Both the position numbers and the translations under genes were made by a program. A DNA stretch of 62,909 nt, counting the filler, from Octopus bimaculoides (taxonomy: Eukaryota), in the NCBI RefSeq assembly GCF_001194135.2. It is 12 parts of 12 records of this genome, joined end to end, with 100 filler letters (N's around TTAATTAATTAA, not from the genome) between each part and the next. Parts side by side here need not be neighbours in the genome. Positions count along the whole stretch, not along the records: positions 26,414 to 28,441 come from NW_026426142.1; positions 28,542 to 32,430 come from NC_069001.1; positions 32,531 to 37,887 come from NC_068998.1; positions 37,988 to 47,173 come from NC_068996.1; 8 more parts are not named here. One strand, written 5' to 3'. The notes below the pieces were generated by a model that saw only the letters and a program-made list of their open reading frames with translations, searched no databases and was not told the DNA's origin. Below, one piece after another: positions 27,090 to 38,272 of the stretch. Position 1 is the first letter of the stretch; every line of letters starts with the position of its first letter.

Positions 27090-27665
27090 GGGATCTATTT
27101 TAAAACGGGGGCCACATTTTTCATTAATGTTTTACGTAGTGTTTTTGGTACGGAAAGACTTTCAAACTTCGTATACTTATCTATTTTGTGTTATAGAACA
27201 GAAAAATATTTTTGTATTCGAATTTATTTCATGTAAAAAATTGTCTTATTTCGATAATTTCAACCAATCACTGACAAGTATTCAGTTGTTTACATTTACT
27301 CCTTTGGCTGATTAAGCGATGTAAAGCGTATTTAATCTCCATACCTTCATTTTATTTGCTTTTTTCATTTTAAATTTGCTTTAACCCTAACCCTAACCCT
27401 AGGGTTAGGGTTAGGGTTAGGGTTAATTGTTTCAGAATCGTTTGTTTATGTAGTTGGCACTTAATGTATATCGGCTGAATGGACGTCAGTGATTGGTTGA
27501 AATTACAGAAATACGACAACTTTAACATGGAATAACTTATGGATTTCTTTTTTTTTTAAGAAGACTAAGAGAAAAAGATGTTTTATATGACACATTCTAC
27601 CAGTGTTCCAAGTTTCAAAGTGTTTCGTTAATGAAAAATGTGGCCCCCGTTTTAAAAAAGACCCC
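27090..27665. mobile_element. Foldback-type non-autonomous DNA element with central telomere-repeat palindrome
   Basis: TIR GGGATCTATTTTAAAACGGGGGCCACATTTTTCATTAA vs reverse complement GGGGTCTTTTTTAAAACGGGGGCCACATTTTTCATTAA. aatttcaaccaatcactgac present in both arms. CTCAGC duplicated at 27084-27089 and 27666-27671. Confidence 0.85.
27381..27426. repeat. Inverted telomeric-repeat array (TAACCC)3 TA (GGGTTA)4
   Basis: ttaaccctaaccctaaccct|agggttagggttagggttagggttaa. Confidence 0.95.
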
Positions 27666-28654
27666 CTCAGCGCATTACCGGTACGTATTTTCATTGATTT
27701 CTAATAAAGCGAAAATATTTATTGAAAGCTTTAGCGAACATTAATGTCGATTAGGTGAGGTCTAGTTTGTAACTCATCTCTTTACTCACTCGCGATATGA
27801 AACAACGAAGAAAAGAAACTTCGTTGTCTTGTTATAATAGTTTCAATCGTAAGCAGTTGTAAAACGATGAACAGAAATAAACAATTTTCCTTTAAAAAAA
27901 TTGATTATAACGTTAATTAAATAATTGAAGAAAACAATTTTAACAATGTCGTAATTAAATTTATTCATAATATTTTCTCCTGATTGCGAGAACAGACAAT
28001 TAGAATGTCGATTGTCTAGGGTATTTTACAACGTCTGCTAGATTAAAGCTAAATTTCATTTGCTCACGGCATATTATTAATATGTCGTTTGTTAAAGCCG
28101 ACAGGCTGATAGCATAACAACACTGTTATGCCGTAACTTTGTTTATGATTTGATGTCACTTTATAAGTTTTAAGTGAGAGGACGATGTAATTGTAAGTTT
28201 AATCGAGGGATTATAATGAATTATGTAACTACGTAACACAAGAGATTCGCTTCTTACTCACTTCACTCCAAAAATGGCGCTTGTTTTTATTAAAGTTTTA
28301 TTGTTTTGTATTTTTCTGTTCCACTTCAAAAATCTAGCGCAAGTCTCCAGAGATTTTAACTTTAAATAGATTAGGTTAATTTACATGCACACAGACACAC
28401 GCAGATTATGTATGTATGTATGTATGTATGTATGTATGTATNNNNNNNNNNNNNNNNNNNNNNNNNNNNNNNNNNNNNNNNNNNNTTAATTAATTAANNN
28501 NNNNNNNNNNNNNNNNNNNNNNNNNNNNNNNNNNNNNNNNNTCAACGATGCTTAATATGAGATTGCACAACTTGCTAGAAACAGCAGCAGGATTTCCAAC
28601 AAATTCACACACTCTTACATTCTTAAGGAAAATGGAATGAAATGTTACTCTCAG

Positions 28655-29080
28655 TCTCTTTTTACTTGTTTCAGTCGTTTGACTGCGGCCATGCTGGAGC
28701 ACCGCTTTTAGTCGAGCAGATCGACTCCAGGACTTATTCTTTGTAAGCCTAGTACTTATTCTATCAGTCTCTTTTGCCGAACCGCTAAGTTACGGGGACG
28801 TAAACACACCACCATCGGTTGTCACGCGATGCTGGGGGGGGACAAACACAGACACACAAACATATACAAACGCACACATATATATACATATATACGACTG
28901 GCTTCTTTTAGTTTCCGTCTACCAAATCCACCCACAAGGCTTTGGTCGGCCCGATGCTATAGTAGAAGACACTTGGGCATAACTACAGGATTTTACCCCC
29001 CAGACTTTGGGAGGTCATAACTACAGGGGTAGTTATGCCGACACTTGCCCAAGGTGCCACGCAGTGGGAATGAACCAATT
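28655..29080 (-). mobile_element. SINE family A, near full length, carrying a nested 64-bp insertion
   Basis: Reverse complement aligns along its length with 29865-30240. Confidence 0.8.
28976..29039. mobile_element. 64-bp micro-MITE (Merlin-like) nested in SINE A
   Basis: Perfect 11-bp TIR GGCATAACTAC / GTAGTTATGCC. Perfect 8-bp TSD GACACTTG (28968-28975, 29040-29047). Removal restores the SINE consensus gaagacacttgcccaagg. Confidence 0.85.
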
Positions 29081-29119
29081 TCTATTACAATCTACACTTG
29101 CTCACATATATCTTTCTTT

Positions 29120-29310
29120 TTCGTCTTAAGTTATTGAACTGCGGCCATGCTGGAGTACCGTCTTGAAGTCGAACGAATTAACAAAACCAGTAGTTATTTT
29201 TTAAAGTCTGGTACTTTATTCTATCGTTGTCTTTTGTCGGACCTCTAAGTAACAAGAACGTGAAGAAACCAGCACCGGTCGTCAAGAGGTGGTAGGGAAT
29301 ACAAACACAC
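29120..29310 (-). mobile_element. SINE family A, diverged 3' part
   Basis: actgcggccatgctggagtaccg...tactttattctatcg...ctaagtaac. Confidence 0.6.
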
Positions 29311-29864
29311 ACACGAACATGGTTAAATAGATTGCCACTAAAATGTTGGCTGCGGACTGCTTGCAGGGAATTGCACCATCTGAGCATCTATTCTTGAAAT
29401 AACTGTAAGGGAATACCTGAATATCTTTTTCTTCCTTCTTATCCAGCTTTGGATTCCACTTACGATGACATGCTTTACCTACTTTCTCATATCAACGGAC
29501 TGACTTACCTTATTACAGTTCCAGAAGAATACCAGACTATATATCACAAGTATTACGAACATTCCTCAACACACGAAACGCGCGCACGCACGTACACACA
29601 CACGTACGTAATGATTGTGATATCTGGGTCTATAAAAATCTGAAAGATTTTCTTAAGATTTGAAGGATGACGGTTAAATCAAGATTCTTTCTCTCACAAC
29701 CTTGCTACTAAGTCGGTCGCCGGTCAAAATTTACTCTTAGTTAAAAAAGAACATATATATATATGCATACATACACACACACGCTCACATATACACATAC
29801 ACACACACACACACACATATGTCCAACGCTCGTGGACATGCTTACAAGATAAAAAAAAAACAAA

Positions 29865-30240
29865 AAAACATAAGTAGCTTCCTTACCAACCACATGGTTC
29901 CGGGTTCGGTCCCACTGCTTGGCACCTTGGGCAAGTGTTTTCTACTATAGCCTTGGATCGACCAAAGCCTTGTGAGTGGATTTGGTAGACGGAAACTGAA
30001 AGAAGTCCGTCGTATATATATATAAATATACGTGTGTGTCTGTGTTCGTCCCCCCAACATCGCTTGACAACCGACGCTGGTATGTTTAGGTCCCCGTAAC
30101 TTATTCTATCGGTTTCTCTCTTGCCGAACCGCTAAGTACTAGGCTTACAAAGAATAAGTCCTGGGGTCGATTTGCTCGACTAAAGGCGGTGCTCCAGCAT
30201 GGCCGTAGTTAAATGACAAACAAATAAAAGATTAAAAGAG
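29865..30240 (+). mobile_element. SINE family A, near full length
   Basis: ccaaccacatggttccgggttcggtccc...gccttgtgagtggatttggtagacggaaactgaaagaag...ggcggtgctccagcatggcc. Confidence 0.8.
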
Positions 30241-30444
30241 CACCCATGACTTTTGGAAATATATTTTCACGAAATACCCACATCATTTGTTAGCTGTCGA
30301 GACACTATATTCTTCAAAACTTTCATGCTTCTTGAAAGTCGTCAACAGTACACCTGATGCACCCCCTCCTCTCCTGTTTCTTTTTAGCTGTAGTGCACCT
30401 GAACATTCTATACAATAAGTTCATTATATTTATACACATAGATC

Positions 30445-30740
30445 GTTGCCAGTGCCCCTGGACTGGCTCTTGTGCGGGTGGCACATCAAATACACCATTT
30501 TGAGCGTGGCCTTTGCCAATACCGCCTGACTGGCCTTCGTGCCGGTGACACGTAAAAGCACCCACTACACTCTCTGAGTGGTTGGCGTTAGGAAGGGCAT
30601 CCAGCTGTAGAAACTCTGCCAAATCAGATTGGAGCCTGGTGTTGCCATCTGGTTTCACCAGTCCTCAGTCAAATCGTCCAACCCATGCTAGCATGGAAAG
30701 CGGACGTAAAACGATGATGATGATGATGATAATAATGATA
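30445..30740 (+). mobile_element. 5'-truncated RTE 3' UTR copy
   Basis: gagtggttggcgttaggaagggcatccagctgtagaaac...ccatgctagcatggaaagcggacgtaaaacgatgatgatg. Confidence 0.8.
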
Positions 30741-30971
30741 ATGGGTTTTCACGGTTTCTGTCTATCAAATCCACTCAGAAGGCACTGGCCGGCACAGTGC
30801 AATAGAAGAAGGCATCCAGGATGACGCGCGGTGAGACCGAACCCGAAACAACATGGTTGTCAAGCGAGCTTCTTAACCATACAACCATAGCTTTGGTAAC
30901 ACAAACGGAATAGAACTCGAGGGCCGATAATTTAGAGTTTTTCGGGGGACGGGGTTAAAGTTTCTACCCGA

Positions 30972-31140
30972 AGGCGCAGGCGTGACTGTGTGGTAAGAGG
31001 CTTGCTTCCCAACCACATGGTTCCGGGTTCAGTTTCACTGCATGGCACCTTGGGCAAATGTTTCCAACTATAGCTTCGAACCGACCAAAGCTTTGTGAGT
31101 GGATTTGGTAGACAGAAACTGAAAGAATCCCGTCGTATAT
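30972..31140 (+). mobile_element. SINE family A, 5' half
   Basis: ggcgcaggcgtgactgtgtggtaagaggcttgcttcccaaccacatggttccgggttcag. Confidence 0.75.
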
Positions 31141-31164
31141 ATATATATAGATATATATATATAT

Positions 31165-31600
31165 GACTTTTCTACTCTAGGCACAATGCCCGAAATTTTG
31201 AAGGAGGGGGCCAGTCGATTATATTGACCCCAGGACGCAACTGCTACTTAATTTATCAACCCCGAAAGGATAAAAAGTCATAGTCGACCTCGGCAGAATT
31301 TGAACTCAGAACGTAAAGACAGACGAAATAGCGCTAAGCATTTCACCCGGCGTGCTAACGTTTCTTATTTCTTTATTGCCCACAATGGGCTAAACATAGA
31401 GGGCACAAACAAGGACAGACAAAGGGATTAAGTCAATTACATCGACCCCAGTGCATAACTGGTACTTAATTTATCGACCCCGAAAGGATGAAAGGTAAAG
31501 TTGACCTCGGCGGAATTTGAACTCAGAATGTCACGGAAGACGAAATACCGCTAAGCATTTCGCCCGGCGTGCTAACGTTTCTGCTAGCTCACCGCCTAAT
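31165..31600 (-). mobile_element. Two tandem copies of SINE family B with different 3' tails
   Basis: 31165-31362 has the ...ggcacaatgcccgaaatt tail. 31363-31600 has the ...gcccacaatgggctaaacatagaggg tail. Head and core are shared. Confidence 0.8.
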
Positions 31601-31869
31601 ATATACATATATATCGTTTGTAGAAAGCATAAACCCCCTAGAAGAAGCACACTCTAAGAATTAAAATGTTGGTGTTGATCTGGAAAGATCGTAATCAATA
31701 TGGCGTTGTGTCGTATTGCACCATCCTTGCATATATCAATAGGTACATGCAGTATCATTAATCTCAGTCTGAACATAGGTACCTAATGTGAGCTTCATAT
31801 AGAGATGGTGGAATCGATTCGGATCTTTTCAATATGACTGACAGATTTTTTAATTAATTTTTTTAAACT

Positions 31870-32050
31870 AAACACTTTGAAACTTCGGACAGTGGTAGAG
31901 TGTGTCACGTAGAACAGGGTTTACTCTTAACGTTTTTGACAAAATTTTGTATTTTAGAAATTATTTCGTGTTAAAGTTGTCGTATTTGGGTAATTTTAAC
32001 CAATCAATGACGTGCATTCAGCTGAAGAAAATTACTGCTGCTGTTTACGA
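31870..32050. mobile_element. Diverged arm of the foldback family
   Basis: aaacactttgaaacttcgg...gtaattttaaccaatcaatgacgtgcattcagctg. Confidence 0.6.
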
Positions 32051-32605
32051 ACAACTTACGGGTCCACTCCCCTAACAAAACCCTTCTTTAATAACCAGAG
32101 ATGTTTTTATAGCAATATAAGTTGTGGTTGCATGACCTGCTAGAAAAAGTAGCTAAACTTTTTTTTATATACGGAAGAGAAAATCTCTATCCTGTGATAT
32201 ACACGTAGAGTCAATTATGTCTGGGAAGAAAGACGGAATGTTCACAGTTGGGACGCTTTTGATCATATCTGTTCAATCAGATCCAACTCGGGACTAAACA
32301 AGTGACGAAGGAAATGAGACGAAGCAACGAGAGAGCCTTTATCTGGTCGCTCGAGTTGCTAGAAAGAGCAACCAAATCTGCCTGACAAAAAGGAAAATGA
32401 AATTTGTCCTCAAGAAAAAAAAAAAAAAAANNNNNNNNNNNNNNNNNNNNNNNNNNNNNNNNNNNNNNNNNNNNTTAATTAATTAANNNNNNNNNNNNNN
32501 NNNNNNNNNNNNNNNNNNNNNNNNNNNNNNTAGAGAGAGAGAGAGAAGTAGTGACAGGTAGAGGCGAAGAACAGTAGAGGGAAGAATGAGAGGGGGAGAT
32601 AGAAT

Positions 32606-32655
<50 letters not shown>

Positions 32656-32717
32656 ATGTGTGTGTATGTGTGTCTGTTTGTATGTATGCATGTATGCATG
32701 TATGTATGTATGTATGT

Positions 32718-32763
<46 letters not shown>

Positions 32764-33982
32764 TAAGTCCTTGGTTATTGCGTAATTAAAAACGTTTCAC
32801 ACTCCATACAGGAAGTTGTATCTGCTCTAAGTTTCATAAAACAATTGTCTTGTAAAGAAAGAAGCTTAACAGTATATTGTTATTCTAATGAAATACATAT
32901 TAATCTAAGATTCTTGTAATCGGATTACATATATATTATTAGTCATTGGTGGCTACAACAGCAACAAAACTACCACTATACTGTGATAATGAGTTAGTCT
33001 TTCTGCTTGCCAAAACTTGAGAGTTTATTTCATATTACAAGTAGGTCATTACATCGGCGGAGAAAGCATTTACTTTACTAAATTATGAAGAGATTGTCGT
33101 TTAGATTCGGGACAGTTCTGATTAAGTAGACCTGTGATCATAGGTGTTTCAGTCAGGATTCACCGGTCCAATGAGTCCTTCTGTTTTGTAAGACGGTAGG
33201 ATGTGATTTGATGGAGTTTGGCTGCTATGTCTAACAGGTCAGCTAACTGAATAGATCCTTCTTTCTCTTGTCGATTGATAATAGGTACCATAGTTAGGTG
33301 CAGTTCACTGAAATACGTAATAAAAATACTTTGAAAATTGATGAGTATTTCATCGATATCACTATATCGATATAGCTATCGCGTGTGGTCATACACTACT
33401 GGTTACAATACGTTTTATAGCATTGTTGTAACTTTCAGATGATGCCACGCCGCTGGCTAGCCGGATAAGCAAACATTCCCCTTGAACGGAAGGCTAGTCC
33501 GTCTCAGGGCTTCCCATTTACAGCTGAGTGAACTGGAGCAACAATGTGAGGGCACGTGGCCTTGTGGTTAGGGTTTTTTACTCAGAATTTAATTGATATG
33601 TATTTGTGAATTAGAATTCTTTCATAGCATTGCAATGGTCTCATTTTGGACTGTTAGGTTACTGGTAAAGATTTTGTCTTGATCTACCAGATCATCATCT
33701 TCATCATCATCATCATCATTACTATCATCATCATCACTACCGTCGTTGTCGTCATCATCATCATCATCATCATCATCGTTATAATCACTGTGGTCTTCAT
33801 CGATGATGCTGATATGATTGTCATCATTTCAGTGTTTGTTCTTCTACGTAAGATATGGCTCAGACAGGGGTGCAACATATCAGGTTTTACATTTATTTAT
33901 GAACCATGATGCTTTGACGTCTCATTTGCGAAACCCATTTTATTTCCCCCGATTTTTTTTTTGGTTTACCTTCACCATAGAG

Positions 33983-34048
33983 CAGCTGTCTCAAAACACT
34001 TTTGCACCACGGACCAGTTTCGTGTAAGACAATTTTGTCACAGACCAG
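33983..34048 (+). mobile_element. hAT left-end fragment resembling MER1/Charlie-type termini
   Basis: cagctgtctcaaaacacttttgcaccacggaccagtttcgtgtaagacaattttgtcacagacc. Similarity to the MER1-type terminus is from memory, not a search. Confidence 0.45.
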
Positions 34049-34164
34049 AGAGTCATGCGCTTAACAAAATATGCACTTTACTGCATATTATATAATTTAA
34101 TTATTACATATAACACACACACACACAAGTTCGTGGGAAGAGATAAGTGGATTACATTGAGCCT

Positions 34165-34300
34165 AGTACTCAACTGGTACTTAATTTATCGGCCCCGAAA
34201 GGATGAAAGGCAAAGTCGACCTCGGCGGAATTTGAACTCAAAACGTAGTGACAGACGAAATACCGCCCGGCGTGCTAACGTTTCTGCCAGCTCACCACCT
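34165..34300 (-). mobile_element. SINE family B, head+core
   Basis: caactggtacttaatttatcggccccgaaaggatgaaaggcaaagtcgacctcggcggaatttgaactc. Confidence 0.75.
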
Positions 34301-34472
34301 TCCCTTTACATAAAATATTCAATTGCTCTTCCATGCAGCAACCAAAGTTTCGAGCTATTAGAAATTACAATCAAATCTCATACAAATCACGTATATTACC
34401 GTCTTTAAAACACCAAAACTCTGCTGGGTAGTGGAGTCATAAATCCACGATGTCTAAAATAACCAATTAGAT

Positions 34473-34709
34473 CAGTGGTTCTCAACCAGGGCTCATATGG
34501 GCCTTGGGGGTTCATATAAGATTTCCTTAAAATTTATGTGCAATAAATTTGGTTATATGTCTACAATACACAAAATATTTTAACAGTGTTTTGTACAGTT
34601 CTTAATAATATTTAATTATAAAAATATATGATTTTTTTAAACATCGAATGGCTGAGAGGGTCTGTCTGAATAAAATAGAAATCAAAGGTTTCATAGAAGA
34701 GAAACAATG
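34473..34709. mobile_element. Second copy of the same hAT MITE
   Basis: Starts CAGTGGTTCTCAACC, interior colinear with 53635-53893. Flanks AATTAGAT / GGTTAGAT (decayed 8-bp TSD). Confidence 0.7.
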
Positions 34710-35625
34710 GGTTAGATGATCGTAAAGTTCAAGTGGACCTGGTTTGACGTAGCTCTAAACAACAACAACAACCAATTTCATTGGTTGTGATTATTTCTTT
34801 CAAACTATTCGTAAGTAAAGACTACATAACAGCGAACCATCATTTTCAGCCCCTGTTTCTCTTGTCGCCACAGATCGTCATTATATTTGTTGTCATAATT
34901 ATTGAACTTCGCCCAGGTGCAAGCATAGTTGTGTGGTTAAGAAATTTGCTTCACAACCATGTAGTAGTAGCGGCAGCGGCAGCAGTAGCAGCAACAGGAG
35001 CAGCAGCAACAGGTGCAGCAGCAACAGGAGCAGCAGTAGTAGATGTCGCTTAGTCCCAAGTTTGTAAGATAGAAAAATGTTATGATCGTAGACGTTCCAA
35101 GCATGAGCATTCCATCTAGAGACTATACTCACCAGGGACTGTATTGTCTAAAGTATCAGTGAAATACAGTTAAAGGAACTCGGATGCTTTTTTTAGCAGG
35201 TCGAGAGCCCACGTTATCCTTTATGTACTGATTGGATGATTAAAAAATCTCACTGAAATCAGAGAATATGTAGCAATAAATTTCTACGTTGATGAACTAT
35301 TCTTACCTTTGTTTAAATTGTAATTTCTTGCAAGTGATCGAATAGAAATAGCTGTGTGTATTTTATATTTATTGAAATTGCTGATCACGCTTTGGAAAGG
35401 ATTCAACAACAAGTGTGTTGGCCAGTGCTGAGTGCACAATATGTCTTAGGTTGTGGAGTAGCTCTAGGTGAAACAGCAGAGAATATTGAAGAAAACATTT
35501 AGTGTAGTAATAATTTAGGCACTCCTCCTCTTCTTCCTCCTCCTCCATCATCATCGTCGTCGTCGCGGTCGTCGTCGTCGTCATCATCATTATCATCAGT
35601 TTCATCGTCACCAATGTCCGTATTT

Positions 35626-35715
<90 letters not shown>

Positions 35716-35719
<4 letters not shown>

Positions 35720-36117
35720 GTGAACACTTCTATCGCCATTATATACAAACAAACCATCTTCCCCACTGTTATAAATATAATCAAGTGCGGGCGTAGTAGA
35801 GAGCAACCTCCTGTATCCATCACATGACTGACTATTCTTTGCACGGGTAAATTATCTCGTACCGTTCCCGCCAGAACGCAAACTGACCAATCACAGCCCC
35901 TAATAAGGTCACGTGATAGTGTTTTACTAATGCTTCTCTGGAGCCGACCTTCAGCTATAACATGACTTCTACGTACACCAGCTACCAACAGCTAACTGCA
36001 GGACTTCTAACCCTGTTTGTGCGATTCACCTTCGCCACGAAATAACAGCCAAGAACTCAGCCAGCGAAGGACATCTGTATTCAAGAACCCGGCTTGGCAT
36101 GGAAGCCCTAACATCAC
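35716..36117 (+). mobile_element. Probable LTR (402 bp)
   Basis: TGTAGTG...CATCACA termini. Ordered CCAAT (~35887), tataa-like (~35956) and aataa (~36041) motifs. Followed by PBS-like actagtga. No TSD found. Confidence 0.4.
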
Positions 36118-37768
36118 AACTAGTGATCGCTCTGCCCCACACGCCTTAACTTCTTATATACAGACACTTACCACTGTGTACTCTATGAACTGGTATCTTA
36201 AATTCTTATACGTGTTACTGACTCTTTTCTATCCGCTGTATCTCACGCATACACATGCATGTATTACTCGCACACACTATTTTGTTTATATGACGGCCTG
36301 TCTTTTATTGTTTCATTATGTCGCATTCACTCACACACAGACATACAATTTAATGCTACAACAAATCTTACTGTTATTCATCTCATACGGTTGTGTTCTC
36401 ATCGTCTTCCTTACTGGCATTTACGAATTCTCTATGTTATCGAAGTATAACATATATATATCATTTGATATATTTTGTGTTCGACCGTGTGACGCGTTAT
36501 AAAGAAGGAGCCCTGTTTTCCATTCGTCACCATTTCTCCTTTTGGGTTCGCACGGTCGTTCTTACATATATGTATATATATAAGGGAGAGAGAGAGAGAG
36601 AGAGAGAGAGTGAGAGAGAGTGAGAGAGAGGGAGAGAGAGAGAATGAAAGTGACAGACAGACAAAAAGACATGCAAGCAGACAGACAGGCAGACAGAGTA
36701 AACCATGAAGCTGGTATTTCTTTAATTCATATACAACGCAAGTTTCTGCGATGCAATTGATAATTCAGAGCGATAATAAATAGCTAATAGAATTTACGGA
36801 GCCAACGATTGGTAGATAGAATTTACCGATCATGTCTTTAGACAGGGTTAAAATACAACCAGATGCTTTGTAAATTGAATTCACCATGTATCAGCTCTCA
36901 AGGTTGCAGAAACGCGCGTTATACATGAAACGAACAAATACCAACTTTATGCTTCATGTTTTTCTCTCATATTATAGAGGGAGTTTAACATTGTTACTAT
37001 CAAGAACCACAACTTATAAAGTAATTTTGTCGCGTAGCTAGTGCATCTATGTCCTCACATACACATACTTACGCGCGCGCGCGCAAATATATAATCACAC
37101 GCACGTTGCCATGCTAATTACTTAATAATAGAAAGAATAGTAAACGACCCCTTCCCTCACTATCTTCTCCTCCACACAATTAATATGTACTAATTACAGA
37201 AGTACTTAAAATGTTTAAAAGATCTTTTCGATGAATAGACTGATACGGCAACTGATAGACTGAAGTAAATCAAAGATAAAGGAAATAAATTAAGTATGGA
37301 TAAATTATAGCTTTGTAGATCAAACCCAGATTATTTATTGTTATGAAACTTTACTTAATTCCAAATGTCAATTGATTTGAAGCTCTTTACCTTAATTAGA
37401 TTATCATTTTTCAGTTAATTAACCTCATTTTTTTTCTGTGATGAATAAACAAACTGTTAATGTTTACATTGATCAGCATTTTCATTGGTTTCATCTCTGG
37501 TTTCTGTGATACGGTTTCTTCTCAGATTTATACGTTGTATCAGACTGGTTGTCACCTAGGAACTGATTAAAACGAAGTTTAGTCAGTTCCGATCACTTAC
37601 ACCAGTTGTCTGGTTAAGAAGTCTGCTACGTAACCAAAATTTGGTTCCAAATCTGATTCCACAGCATGACAAAGATCCAAGTTACTCAATAAATTAAAAA
37701 GAGTACTAATAACCTAATTATTTCAGGCTGGAATTTGGCAGATAGAAAATTTCCAGAATCTCATCATG

Positions 37769-37825
<57 letters not shown>

Positions 37826-37987
37826 CCCTATATATATGCATATATATATGCATATATATATGCATATATATAAACACACACATATATNNNNNNNNNNNNN
37901 NNNNNNNNNNNNNNNNNNNNNNNNNNNNNNNTTAATTAATTAANNNNNNNNNNNNNNNNNNNNNNNNNNNNNNNNNNNNNNNNNNNN

Positions 37988-38018
<31 letters not shown>

Positions 38019-38067
38019 ATGTAACAAAAGAGAAGATTGGAAAAATTTTTGGTATCACTTATAAATA

Positions 38068-38272
38068 ATCCTTTTTACTATAGGTACAAGGCCTGAAATT
38101 TTAAGGGAGGGTTTAAGTTGATTACATTGACTCCAGTGTATAACTGGTACTTATTTAATAGAGACCTGAAAGGATGGAAGAAAAAGACGACCTCGGTGGC
38201 TAGAACATAAAGGCGGATGAAATGCTGCTAAGCGTTTTATTCAGAGTGCTAATGATTCTGCCAGGTCGCTTC
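38068..38272 (-). mobile_element. SINE family B (diverged)
   Basis: tactataggtacaaggcctgaaatt...actggtacttattta...cctgaaaggatgg. Confidence 0.65.

Noticed and set aside
27381-27426. Ancestral telomere-telomere fusion site
   Set aside because: Orientation is CCCTAA then TTAGGG (opposite to a fusion), and it sits inside a TSD-flanked element.
36375-36425. Minus-strand ATGCCAGTAAGGAAGACGAT resembling CFAP73 MPVREDD
   Set aside because: Needs a frameshift, lies downstream of the exon it should precede, and the following residues do not match.
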